From the NCBI RefSeq assembly GCF_964194155.1, contig NC_135894.1, positions 51,274,001-51,338,000 of the forward strand: 64,000 nt of DNA, given 5' to 3'. The position numbers and the translations under genes were made by a program. The first letter of the stretch is position 1, and each line of letters starts with the position of its first letter. Under the pieces are notes generated by a model. That model was not told the origin of the DNA, did not search any database, and saw only the letters and a program-made list of their open reading frames with translations. This stretch comes from Cetorhinus maximus (taxonomy: Eukaryota). Below, piece by piece: positions 25,990-39,070 of the stretch.

Positions 25990-28900
25990 TGATGTGCATA
26001 TATCTGAGGGGCTGTATCTTAAATTGCTGTCAATCATTACACACCTCGATGGATTATGATGTATTAGTCCCATGACTTGTCTGTAAGCAGCAGTGGTAGA
26101 GATTAGATATACCATACTTAGTCTCCAAGTTAAATCTATCTGTATATAGTCTTATCTTCAGATAAAGAACCCACATTATTGTTTCACCAATCCTTGTGTG
26201 TGATTGGTCGAAGAGAAGCAGAAAGTAACATGGTGGCAGGCTGGCAGCATGTCTTTTGAAGATTTGACCAAGCAGAATACCAGTATCAAACCTTCAAACA
26301 CAGCAAAAGAAAAAGAGAAAACTGGTGGAAAGTGAAACAACTATCAAAATGCACCATGTGCAAGTCCTTCTGCAGCTTTGTAAGAATCCTACATCTACCA
26401 TCTCTTTGTTCTGGGATTGTACCTCGCTCTAGGCAGTAGGCACCAGGTCCTGGTAAGATCGTTCAAATTTGGGAGCTCTTACTAGATAAAGTCTATCTCC
26501 TGCAAAGCTTAAGCAGGAACAGAAAGTAAACAGCATACTCCAGGTAGTTTTGCTTTCCGCAGAACTCTGCAGACAGGAGAAACTCCATTACTGCTAAGCT
26601 AATAATGTAGACTAGGCAGGGAAGAAGGAACTATCCAGTAACAGCTCCTAACAGTTAAAAGAAGCCTGCCAAAAAAGCTTTTTACCCATGTTTCCTTTCA
26701 TCTTTGAAGCCTTGCAGTCATTTTCCTGCCAAATCACTGCTTCATGGATGGAGCTTAAGAAAACCCTAGAAGAATCAGAAAGAGCTCAACAGTGCCACCA
26801 TTGCAGTCAAGCAGTAACCTATGAGCCAAGGCAGTTGCACTAAAGGTGCTACAACTCAGAGCTAAATTAATCCTAAAAGAGCTGGATGAAATCTGCATAG
26901 CTGTCAGAAGCTCCAGATAGCACTAAAAATCCTGAAAAAAGCTAAAAGATTACCACAAAATTTTCAACACTCAACTGGTAGGATTTTCTACCTGAATTTA
27001 CTCTTTTCCAACAACACCTCGCACTGTGCTTTCTATACTTAAATATTTCTGAACCAGAGAAACAAGCTATTAAAATTAAAATCGCTGTAGGCAGTAAAGG
27101 CCTCCATGGACTGAACTGTCCGAAGATCATCTTAAACTTCCAGAAAGCATATGGTTAACACTTGAAGATCAATTACAAGTAAAGCTCATCTTCAGAATAC
27201 TCTGTCTGAAATTCATGTATTTCAGACAACAACTGACAGAGATCATTGACCACCTCATAAGCAGATGCAGAGTCGAGAGACATGATTGTGACTTTATGAC
27301 AGCAGAGCTAGCTGACAGAATAATCAAGCTTATGATAGCATCTAATGGAAGCATTCCAAAAAGACATCTTGGAGCCACCCGAAGAATACACCATGGATGT
27401 ATTACTACAAAGTGGAGGCAAGTATAAAGCCATACTAATGGGTAGACAGAGTCTACAGGCTATGTGCAATTCATCCACCATTGGCACAATAGCCATTACA
27501 AGCAAGCCTAGTATGCAATACATGCACCCAGAAATTGCCCAGCTTTTAGCATTGTATGCAAGGCATGTGGCACCACAGGACATTGGAAGCACCAATGCAG
27601 AACACAATGGCTGGAACAAGTGGTTCGACATCAAGAGAAGCCACAACCAAAGGCCGGGCAAGTACAGCATTCTAAACAACCTGTAACAGGTATCATCAAG
27701 GCATGATTCGTGAAACGTCTAGCCAAGCTAAGTGGTCAAATGATGAGGATGACCAGCACGTCAATACACAGAGTGAGTCAACATTGCATGGTGAACATCA
27801 AACAATGTATTGGCAGAGTGGTACCAACAGAAACTTTTGCCACCATCCAGATTATATGCCCACAGGTGCAGGGTCAGCATAATCTATATGAAAAAGTGGA
27901 TACTGATGCAAGTACAAATATCATTTCACTTCATACACTGAAATGTACATATCCACAAAAATGGCATGTGACGATTCGACCAACCAATGCCAAACTGACC
28001 CTGTACAATGGCTTGGAGATTCCATCCCTGGAATCCTTTACACTCAAGTGTTGCTACAAAAACTCACCCTGACACACCAGATATTTTATTCTGGACACTG
28101 CGGGTCCAGTGATTGCAGGCACTCTGCCAATACATTCTTTTATGTTAAACTTGATGGCTTAAGAATGGTCAGCAGCATGTGACAGTTACGACCCATCATA
28201 AGTTCAGCTGGTGTCTTTCTGCTCAGAGAGTGAGAAGTGGATCAGTTTTACGCTCCTATTAGCGTCAAGGTCATGGTGGGCAGTGTGATGCTGGGGGTGG
28301 GGGTACAATATGGTGAGAAGGCCAAAAATTCAAAAATTGGTTTGACGCTGTTGTGAAACCAGTTTGCGATCATCCGCTCCACCCATCAATGGTGGGCCTC
28401 GTTCCCCATGGCTGCACGTTGGGAACTTAATTTCGATATTTTAGCATCCGATTATAAGCCCTGGTCGGTGGAATCATTCCCCCATACTGGATCATCTGGG
28501 CATGTCGGTGTGATTACATGCCAATATGTTTCGCAACGGTACATAAGTAATATGCACCTGGCGAGCTGCACTTCACTCGAGACTTCAAGGTTTGTTTGCC
28601 TACCTTGCTTCAGGCAGCATGCACAGTCATCAGCGCCAGGCTTCACAGAGAGCACTACATCACTTTTAGGGGAGCTCACAGGAAGATCTCTACCTACCAG
28701 ATCAGCCATTAGGCGGGGATGGCTTTTCAATGGCTGCAGGGCTAGGGGAAGGGGGAGAAGTGGTCTCAGGCAAGGGAAGATGCTGCAGGGTGAGGGCTGT
28801 ACTGGGGAAAGAGGGTATCCCAGGGTGTGTGTGGGGGCACACATCGATCTGTGCAAGTGGCCTCAAGATGGTGAGGGCTAAGGAGGCAGTCTCCAGAGGA

Positions 28901-29604
28901 GATAAAGCCAGGTGGAGATGTGAAGGTGTGTATGAGAGAGTGAGTGGTGATGTCCCTTAAGCTGACAGTGAGTGAGATGTCAGTGAATATGTAATGAGCT
29001 TGAATGTGTGAGTTTATTGTGATGAGATGGTTGCCTTATCCTGGCAACATGGATGAGGTCATTCATCCTCTTTTTGCATTGGGTGGCCAAGCTCTTCTGT
29101 GCAGCATTGGCACTAATCACCGCTGCCATCGCCTCCCAAGCTGGAGTGGTGAGATTACTGGACCTCCTGCAGCCAGAGTGGGGGTGGAGGACTTCACAGG
29201 GGGCCTCCAAAAGGCATTCCGATGACGGGTCACTGTACTCTTCTTGGCTTTCCAGGCCATGTCTTCACTGGAGCAGTCCTGGACTGCAAACATTGAGAAC
29301 TGTGTGCACGGCTGCAGTTTGGACATGACACCCGGCGTGAGGAACCAGTGAGGTAATGGTGTGGCGGGTGACTCAGAGGCCACCCGCCAGCGAAATGGCA
29401 TGTTTCCTGTTGCTGCATAATTAATGAGGCAGGAAGGGAATGAAATGGCGCTAAAATCCACCATTGCGGCCGGCGGGTAAAATGTCTTTTTCGCGCTCAC
29501 TACCAAACTTAGCGCAAATCTGGGATGATTCCAACCATTATTGTTTCACCAATCCTTGTGAATGATTAGCATGTTTACGTCGAAGAAAAGCAGAATGCAC
29601 CACA
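25990..29604 (+). mobile_element. Gypsy element B, inserted in the 5' LTR of element A
   Basis: LTR ends GTAACA (26230) followed by PBS TGGTGGCAG. The LTR end is repeated at 29537-29604 (ATTATTGTTTCACCAATCCTTGTG). Gag remnant 26900-27700. Aspartic protease remnant KVDTDASTNII (ORF 27710-28072). RT and integrase deleted. Confidence 0.75.
28239..29536 (-). mobile_element. Non-autonomous Harbinger derivative retaining Myb/SANT exon 1
   Basis: Collinear end to end with 47264-48484. Minus ORF 28980-29210 AWEAMAAVISANAAQKSLATQCKKRMNDL. Right end TTAGCGCAAATCTGGGATGATTCCAACC. Confidence 0.85.
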
Positions 29605-30130
29605 TATCACTGAGGCATAAACCACAATATCTAGTAACAAAGATGGATAATAGTTTAAACTTATCGCTCCAGCATATTTCCTTTCAGGAGATCCACCCAT
29701 GCCATGGGATTGATGGATTTCAGAGTTGCGATGAGTGTGGACAGTGCACAAGTATTAGCGGCCCACAAGAAGGTGTTACTCATCCATTACCTTGGAGCAC
29801 AAAGCCAGAGAACATTTGAGCAGCTCACAAAAGACACATTGCTTTTTGATACGGCTGCAAGTGCTCTTGAAACATACTTTGGGCCAAAGAAAAGTATGAT
29901 GATTGAACGATATCCGTTCCTCCAGAATTGCCAGGGAAATGTTGAGCCCATAAAACGATACATGACAATGTTGGGGCAGTTGGCCTCCACATGTAATTAA
30001 CAAACTAATTCATGACTAATTGATTGGAAAAACTTTAATTCCACAAATTAGGGAACGCCTACTCATGGAGGATGATGATTTAACTTTGGAAAAAACCACG
30101 GCCTTGCCAGTCCAAATCAAATTTGTTATT

Positions 30131-30352
30131 AAAGCAAAATACTGCGGATGCTAGAAGTCTGAAATAAAAACAGAAAATGCTGGAAAAGCTCAGCAGGTCT
30201 GGCAGCATTTGTGGAGAGCGAAACAGAGGAAACATTTTGAATCCTTATAAATCTGAAGAAGAGTCATATGGACTTGAAACGTTAACTCTGTTTCTCTCTC
30301 CATAGATGCTTCCAGACCTGCTGCGTTTTGCCAGCATTTTCTGTTTTTATTT
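30131..30352. mobile_element. Penelope-type palindromic (fold-back) insert
   Basis: Left arm AAATAAAAACAGAAAATGCTGG...CAGCAGGTCTGGCAGCAT...GAAACAGAG is the reverse complement of the right arm CTCTGTTTC...ATGCTTCCAGACCTGCTG...CCAGCATTTTCTGTTTTTATTT. Interrupts the gag of Gypsy A. Confidence 0.8.
30253..30285 (+). ncRNA. Minimal hammerhead ribozyme motif (probably decayed)
   Basis: CTGAAGA core, stem II GAGTC/ATATG/GACTT, GAAA, then palindromic AACGTT followed by A. This is the layout of minimal hammerheads of Penelope-like elements. Confidence 0.6.
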
Positions 30353-32953
30353 TTAATTTGTTATGTTTGATTTGAAAAGGTTACACTGAAATGCACCCTT
30401 AAAAGCACATCGGAGGGGAATATGTCTGATCAATCCATGCATATCCTACTTTGCACATATTGATCCATCCCTCACTCTCTGAGCAGAAAGACACCAGCCA
30501 AACTTATGATGGGCCGTAACTGTCACATGCTGCTGACCATTCTTAAGCCATCATGCTATCCAAGGAGAATGACAAAGCGAAAGCAGGGGAAAGCGTAAGA
30601 CAACAAAGTAAAGCAAAAGCGTACTTCAACAAGTGAACATGTTCAAGGAATCCATGATTTGAAGTTGGACATTGGATTTACATCAAACGGCAAAATCATG
30701 AGCACAAACTTGGATCCTCGTTATCAGAAACAAAGCAGATCAAGTGGTTGCTCGGTACCAATGCTTATCTGTCAGATGACAACACAAAGTGAAGTGTGAG
30801 GCACCTGATAGCAAGCAGACCAGGTTATTTCAAGGACAGTGATTATGAGGATGAAATTTACTTTCCGATGAGCGATGCTGACATTGATCATACACCTCAT
30901 CGAAGTAATCACATGGAACCAAAACTTCAAGCTCATAGATCTTAGCAACATCATCTGCGATCATCATATCTCAAAAACTCTTTCTATACCTAGAGAAAAT
31001 GGACACTCTGAACTCTAAGTTCTAACTCTATCTCAGTATACACACATTTGTTGCTTAGGGTGGTTTAATTTAAAATAAGGTCCTTTAGTTTTACGAGAAT
31101 GAAAATATGTTATGTTCAATTGTTCGGTGTTTGATTGTGTGTGTCTGTTGACTGCTCACTGTATTGTTTGTCAAGCCTGTGGGCGTGGTAACAGAGAAAC
31201 TGAAGCCAAGCATTAGGCATGAGAAAGCAGACACTTTAAAAGCATTGTAATAAACCCCCTGTTCACACGCAGACCTGTTGTGCATCTTCTTTGCATACCT
31301 CCAAGGCATAAAACATATTTGCCACATCTAAGGCTACGCTAGTAACTGATGGATGCAGTTCTATATTATAACCAATGAAACTAAATTGGCAGCCTCTTGG
31401 AATAAAGTGCTAGTCTACAAAGGTATGAAAGAACTAGAAGCCACACTTCAGTCACTAGTCCTCAGTCTTGTATTGGTTTGAGGATGCTTTGGCATTGTCA
31501 ATGACCGCCCAAGAAGAAATGGACTGGATTGACTATTCATAGCCAACTTGGAAACTGTTAATTGTCACTAGTGGTGCATTTCAGATGTCTGACTATCCCG
31601 ACTGTAAGAAGTGAAGTTTGCAGTTGAGATTTGTGAAAGCTATTCGACCCAGGGGAGCATCAATAGTTTAAATCAAATGCTGGATTCTGTTTGCTGTGGA
31701 CAGGTGTACAGAAATTGGTTGAATCTTACTAGCATGCATTGCGAAGGCCAAAAGACTTTTTGAACTAAAGTAAATGGCTAACAGCTGCCGGCCGATTTTT
31801 TTTCCTACAGATAAACAGAGTCACTGGCCTCTGGCAGGAAAAAGCATTTTCAAGACAATGCAATGTTTCCCAAAAGACCACATTCATAAAATCAGGTTGA
31901 AACCAATAAACAGACATACTTCGAAGTCATGTTTTGCTTTGATGCTGCATCATTTTGGTGAAAATTCATATAGACAAATAACACAGAACCAAAATGTCTG
32001 TTTAGCTAACTTAAGCGTTTTGAAAGCTGCAGAAACTGACATTGATTGTTGATGTTAGAGTTTGTCTTCTTTTGGAATGCAGCAAAACTAACTCCACAAG
32101 AAGGCTTTTTATATGCTTTATCAGATAAACTCTGCCTTTAATTCTCCAAGCAACAACTTGTAAGAGGTCAGTAATCTGATGGATTCTGAATAAACTTCTT
32201 GTGATTTTGAAACCTGTACAACGAGGAAAGGAAGCTGCTGCTGTGTTTGCTAATAATGATCTTCAGAACAGCTGCAGCTTCACGTGATGTAATTACTAGT
32301 GGAAGTGTCAAACATATGCACAACATCAAAGCAGTCTCTAATATCATAGTATGAACAAACTCATTGGATACTGTCTTGTGCTGACGGTTTAGTTAGAAGG
32401 ATGTGGCATTTGAAATGCATTCACTAACCACAATCAATCATTGGAAAATTGTAGCTTAAGGTGGATTTTGTTGGGACAGTATGAAGCTGTCAACAAAATG
32501 TCCCGGCCACCTTGAAAAAAGGGCATAAAATTTATTGCAAGAGAATACAGGTGTATTGTTAATGGGTGTTTTTAAAGCAATGCATAATTGCATTGTTAAT
32601 TGGTAGCACTACCAAACCTAATAAATACATTAGTGTTTAATTTGGGCTTTGAGAGTTGTCTCATTATTTCTCATAATTCCCATGTCCGAACAGTGGAATA
32701 ACACATCAGGGGTAGAAGCGCACATCTTACACTACAGGTCTTCATAGGCTATATAACACATCTTGCACAACCTTCCTAGTGAGCCTAAGCCTTCCTATTC
32801 ACTGCTTTTCCAACAATGCCAGGTAGCTGACTCCATTGCTGTAGATCTATTAACTGTAGTAATTACCTCACTGAGTTGCGTGCCTCCTATACCCTCTGTA
32901 CTCCATGTATACCCTCTGCTCATTTTTGTCCTTTACCACTGTAACATACATTG

Positions 32954-35588
32954 AGGGAGAAAATTGATAAAACCTGAAAACAGGTGCAGGGATTGTGTGA
33001 CATAAGTAGCCTGCCCCCATTCCTTCTGATGCAAGCATCATGCAAACTTCTGGTGACTGCTAATTTAAATGATCAGAACATTCATCCCAGTGTGGAACAT
33101 GCTATTGAATGGTTGTACACAGCTCAGGAAGGGGCTCAAATTTGTGCAAGGCTAGCATCACTCAAACTTAGCCTGCACTATTTAAAGCCAACCTACACCT
33201 CTTAAAAGGGAGGTATTTTCTGATTGCAGCAGGTGCTGGATATTGCTGGGAAAGTGTATTTTGCCTGCAAGAAGAGTAAATATGGTGAAACAGGTCAGAG
33301 TATGCCCCAAGCAAGGAGGAGATTCTCAGCTGTAGCAATGAATACGTTGGTGCTGGACGTAGACAGGAGGAGAGAGGCCCTCTATCCACAGGGGGCCAGA
33401 AGGCCTGCCAGACTGACACTGCGAAGGCAGTGGGATCAGGTAGCCATTCTAGTCAATGCCAGCAAGCTAGTCCCAAGGGTCTGGATGCAGTGCCGAAAGA
33501 TGTTCAGTGAAATCACATGATTGATTGTGGTTAGTGAATGCATTTCAAATGCCACATCCTTCTAACTAAACCATCAGCACAAGACAGTATCCAATTCATA
33601 GTCCTTTCCTTGCACTTCATCACCTCCCAACAATCTCTATTAACTGCGACTCATACCTCACATTCATAGCTTCACCTCAACCTCAGGCACATAACACTAC
33701 TGCAAGCCTCATATCCATAATTTACAACTTGCACACACTGCCAGCTATTCAACTATGACAGGCATGTCGCACAAACAGATTTCACCACACACACACTTTC
33801 CTTTCTCTTGTAGGAAAAGATGGTTCATAACTGCAGGCAGCAGTACCAAACGGCAGAAGGTAGGCATAAATGCATGTCCTCAACACCATAGCAGTGACCA
33901 CGTTCACCATCATTGGAGTGGCCATGATTGAGGCTATGGCCAATGTTGGGCTGAAAACATTGGTGATGATGATATACTCCTCCCTAATCCTCTTTCTCAC
34001 ATCCCACTTACCTCTCATCTCATAATCTCTTCTAATTTATAAGATGCAGATGGTGTAAGCATGCTCCTCTTGCTTTCTCTCCTTTTCCTCATCACAACCC
34101 TGGTGCCTTTCTCCTTTCAGATAACCAAGAACTGCAACCAAGCCAGGCAATTGTGCAAGAGAAAGAGGTGCAAGAGCAGCAAGACAATGATAATGAACTA
34201 ACAAAGTCACTCACTCTCACATTTGCAGCCAGGAGCTCAGATACTGACACTGCGTGTCTTTTGGGGGGTAATAAAGAGGTGGGATTTGCTGATGGTTAAA
34301 ACATTAGGCACAAGTTGCCTGCAGCCAGGCAGAAGGAAAGAGTAACACAGGTGCCAGTCTGCTGGATGCAAAGTCGCACATGGGTTCTGCTGCAGAAAAC
34401 TCAAATGAGAACATCAGTGGGGTGTTGTACAGAAAAAGGCTCATGAGCATGCACATTTAATTGCTTAGTTCATTGGCAGGCCTGCAAGAAAACCTGCAAT
34501 CAATGTCAAGGAGCCTGTGTCAATAGCCTTCAATCAGCTATGCTGCACAGTACTTTGCAAAGAGATTGGAGCCCACGCTTTCCAATGTTCAAAAGGTGCC
34601 CACATCCATGAGAACATTTGAAGACCCAACCATGATACATCATTGTATGGCCATTGTTTTATCTTCCATGGCAGTGCAAGCAGCATCCAACCAACATCCG
34701 AGTGATGAGTGGAATCACAAACTCAGCTTTGCAGCCTTGCAGGCACAGATTGTGCATCATGGTGACAGATATCAGTGTTCAAACAAACATGTAGGCTCTC
34801 AGAGCAATCCAACAATCTGTCATCCAACACATTACTAGGCTTACTGAGGCGCTGCCCTGGGGGAGTGGCAATGACAGACCTGCTGTCCTCTCTCAGGTTG
34901 ACAGCATTTCTCCTCACAGCCCTGTGACTCTGCCAGAGTCCTACTGTTCCCTGTCAACCAGCTGGCCCAGATTGCTGCTGCCCATGTCGAGATGGCGAAG
35001 TTCAAGCCATGCTTTCTCTGGAGAGAGCTGCATGAGGGCGTCCTCCAAGACCATCTGGGGCTTCCCCCACTGAAAGTCAGTTATGGCGGGTGGTAACCAC
35101 AGCACTCATGACTGGGGACAAGTGATCTGACCAAAATCTTCAAGTCAGAACTAAGGCCTTCACCATCTGCAACATCTTGTCATCTTTACCAACTTCATTT
35201 GTGTAAATGGAATACACACAGTATTTCTATAAACTCAGACACAGCCAACAAAAATCAATCAACAACTAACCTGAAAGTAGCTGATGACCCTTTTAACTAA
35301 CGCTGGTGAGAGGGTCCAAGCTGCTGCTGTACGTGTTTAAATGAGGTTGTTAGCCGGAGAGCTGAGCTCAAAAATGGCCCTGCTGGCATCAAATCAACAT
35401 TATACGCTGGTTGACACCACAATCTATTTACTCTGGTGCATACTCTGAGTGCCTACATACTCTCACCAAAATGGCGCCTGGCAGGATAGTGTTGGAAGTG
35501 TGTGTGCAGTTTGGATATCATTTTGCAACCAAAACAGCCCTGATAGCACTGGAAATACAAGCACTACAGAGCCGAATTTTGCGACCCC
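32954..35588 (+). mobile_element. Harbinger element with a decayed 3-exon Myb/SANT gene and no transposase
   Basis: Termini GGGAGAAAATT...AATTTTGCGACCCC. ORF 33224-33520 RRFSAVAMNTLVLDVDRRREALY...QWDQVA...WMQCRKMFSEI. Acceptors CTTGTAG (~33813) and CCTTTCAG (34120). Confidence 0.75.
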
Positions 35589-37329
35589 TGTCTCTGAGAA
35601 AGTCTCCTGCCTACCATTAACTGCTTTAGTGATAATTTGAAATGAAACCCAACTGTTCATTAAAATAACTAATACCAGGACTAATGTGCAGTAAAATACC
35701 CCAGTCCAGAAATTCGAAAAATAATTTTTTGGACATATAGTGGAGATTCTCTTTGGTGGTGGGGGGAGTTGGGGGGTGGGGGGGGGTGGGGGGTGGCGTG
35801 TGGGAGGAATCGGTGGGGTTTGAAGATGCAGGATACTTTCTAAATCTTGGAGAAGGGGCCTCAAAGAGGTAGTAGGTACCATATTTGTATATATAAAGGA
35901 CACAATGCCTGTTTCAGGTAACAGGTGTTTATTCTTTGTTTCTCCCCAATATGGCAGGCGGTGCATTTTCAGAGGGAAATGTGCACACATTTCCCGCCCA
36001 CAATATTGGGGTCTTAGTTGTCCGAGTAGTTGTCGAAAAACATGCCCTGCAAAGACCACTTTCTATGCCTCACCTTTTAATTTGACTATGCACTTGTAGA
36101 ATACGGAACAAGTTCATCGATATGACTGTAATAAGTGATGGATTTCTCTCCCACTTTTTGCTAATGTCTGCTGATCTATGCGAAGGCCTTAACATGGACA
36201 ATGATGCACTTAGAATGAGGGAGTCCATATGAATTTCTAGGAGGGAGCCTTGCCTAGCAATTTTATTGGCATTTCTTTTGGAAATGACAGACCTCAGGAA
36301 TTTTGCAGCTGTGATGCAATTCAATTCAATTACAGCCAAGCTTTTCATACCGAGCCACAAAGAAATTAATCCATGAGATAGGAAGGCATGGAATTGAAGA
36401 CAAGGATTGGAAGTAGACTAAAAATTTACTGAACCAGAGAAGGAAAAGATAAAATAAAAACAAAAAAAAAGCTCAAAATACATAAACTGCAGAAAAAAAT
36501 AATGGTAGGTTAACATTTCAGGTGTGTTCCTTCAAGAAGACTGACAGGTTAGAAAGCATTTTAATGACTTCGCAAAAAATGGAGAGAAAAATGGGTGAAG
36601 AAAAAGATGGGGAATCAAAAATATACACCAATCACTGAGAGGCAGTGAGGGAGGGCAAATGATGTACAAACTAGTTGTTCCTGATAACCTGCAGGCCCTT
36701 GATGCAGCACAACTATGAGGACCCACCATCAGTAACCTCTGATATTGATGTCACCAAAATTAACAGGATCAGCAGAAGGTCATTGAATTAATATAATCTG
36801 GTCAGTTGCCTGTTGATCCTAGACCTCGCCAAAGTGAAGAAGCCATGAATTCCAGTGGAGGGTGTTGCATCCAAAGGAATGCACCACCCAGCTGCCCTCC
36901 CCCACATGATCATGTCCCTTCACCCCACCTCTGCTTCCACCAACACCATCCAGAAACATTTCAGTACGGTTCCCATTCACCCCCATGAGCAAAAGTGAAA
37001 AAATTCAAGTCACTTTGGCATTGAGACATGACCTTGACCCCAAAGTGGACTCTACACTAGTGTCATTCAGTGTACCAGTATGCTTACTTTTACTCTGCAT
37101 AATGGTCTGCTGATGTCCCACCAGACCAAGGATGACAATAGCACTGACCTGTTTACCTTGCCTCTAGCTAAGCTCTCCTTAACCTTTGACCTTGTTTGGG
37201 GCAGGTGAAGGTTCCACTCCAAGAAGGTCATGCAGAAACTGCCAGGGAAGACTGAGATTCTGTGTATCTAGGTCCTAGCTAAATACACACCCATTCCAGG
37301 TGGTTAAGAAATAACAAAGGAGTAAGTGA

Positions 37330-37660
37330 ATAAAGTGGTTAAGAAGGCATAAGGGACACTTCCCGTTATTAATCGAGGCATAGAAAAGAAGCAGCAAAGT
37401 TATGCCAGAACTGTATAAAACCCTAGTTAGGCCATAACTTGAGTGCTGTGTGCACCTCTGGTCATGACATTAGAGGAATGAAGGAATCTCACTAGAGAAG
37501 GTATGGAGGAAATTTACAAGGATGTTGTCAGAACTGGAATGTTTTAGCTACAATGGGAATATTAGATGGGCTGTTGTTGTTTTATTTGAAACAGAAGAGG
37601 CTGTGGGGAGGTTTACTGAGCTGTATAAAACACAAGAAGACAAGAAATAGGAGCAGAAGT
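37330..37660 (+). mobile_element. CR1 LINE fragment
   Basis: CTGTATAAAACCCTAGTTAGGCCA (LYKTLVRP) plus downstream CR1 C-terminal motifs. Confidence 0.8.
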
Positions 37661-37858
37661 AGACCATATGGTCCATCAAGCAGCAGATGCATTGTGAGGT
37701 TTGGTTGCATGTGGGCGAAAAGTTACAGGCTCTTGCTTCCATCATTGTACAAGTGGCACAAGTGGGAGTGTGAGGCCCCATTATCTGTCAAAGGACTGCA
37801 TGCTGATAAGGGAATTAGTTGTCCATTGAGTGGAAGCTCATTCTCCCTTTTGTCTGCA

Positions 37859-39070
37859 GGAGAAAACAACACACAACAGCAGAGAACAGGCAAAAACAGT
37901 TGGAGGTGTACCCAATGTTAGGACACTCACACCTGCAGAGGAAGAGGCAGTAGAACAAAGTGGAGAGCAATCGGGCAATCACAGACAGTGTAGCAGGAAT
38001 GCAGAGAGAAGAGAGTGAGGAGGTCTTGAGCTTGGTGTTGATCACTGGGCAGAAAGGAGATGGGCATAACAGAAAGATGGGAAGAGAGATTGTGAATAAT
38101 GTGAACCTAATTCTTTGTGTTCTCCAATGCAAGTCTTTACATTCTGGAGGGCCGGCCTGCCCCATCATCTGGGATCCTGCAGTCCACCTCTGAAGAGGAG
38201 GGTGTGAAGCTTTAGAGGATGCAGCATCACATCTTTCCCCCACCTCTCCACCACCACAGATACAGCCGCATTGGTTGGTTTGTGATTGCATTTAGAGTTG
38301 GGGTCACAATCTGGCTAGCACATCATAGACATGCCTCAGCAACTGATGAAGACTTTGAAAGCCAAGGGACCTGACAGTCAAAGGACAGCTGGAGGCTAGG
38401 CCTAAACTGAGCCCCAGGTTAATGATGGGCCTCTGGTCATGGCCACATAAAACCTTCTGGAGGTGCAGAGACAGGCATGGGAACATCTGGCAGAGGTGCC
38501 AGAAGCTATGTGCAGCTATGCGCAGGTGATGGAGGAGTCCATCCAGGCTATGGGTTCCACCATGTCTTAGGTGTGCGAGTGCATAGTTTCCTCCATAGAG
38601 AGGCTTGCAACTGTCATGGAAAGCCAGCTTCAGCAAATCACTAGATGGCTGTTAGATATGTGCTTGGACCTGCATACCATGGATCTAGCCATGGGCTGTA
38701 TACATTGGTGGCAAGGCAAGAGGAGGATGTGCAGCTGGATATTCGTCCTCCTGCTCTGGTATTCAGAAAGGTGTTACATTGCGCACTGAGAGGGAAGAGG
38801 TGTGCCAGGCTGCCTCTTCTGGGGGCCTCCTCTTGTGGCGCTCAGAATGTCAGCAGCCATTCCTCAGCCCCTCTGAGTGACCCCAATTCCTACAGTAATC
38901 ACAGACAAATAGGATGCACCTATACCCATGCAGGAGCCCCTCAGCATGCTGGGGCCTTCTCGGCCTTGAGCAACCAGAGGACAGTCACCATGGTAATCAC
39001 AGGTGACAAGGCATTGCACTCAGCAGCCTGCCTCCACCTCAGCTGCAGATATTTGTGTTGCACCAATTCA
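37859..39070 (+). pseudogene. Harbinger Myb/SANT-like gene, exons 2-3
   Basis: Acceptor TTTTGTCTGCAG then EKTTHNSREQAKTVGGVPNVRTLTPAEEEA (typical post-SANT motif). Coiled-coil remnant CECIVSSIERLATVMESQLQQ. Frameshifted. Confidence 0.7.

Larger units (their letters stand above)
25805..31315 (+). mobile_element. Gypsy element A (internally deleted, hosts nested insertions)
   Basis: Homologous LTRs at 25805-25988 plus 29605-29626, and 31108-31315 (shared GTCAAGCCTGTGGG and GCATGAGAAAGCAGACA...AAAAGCATTGTAATAAACC). Gag-like ORF 29704-30000 (HYLGAQSQRTF...LETYFGPKKSMMIERY...LASTCN). Confidence 0.75.
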
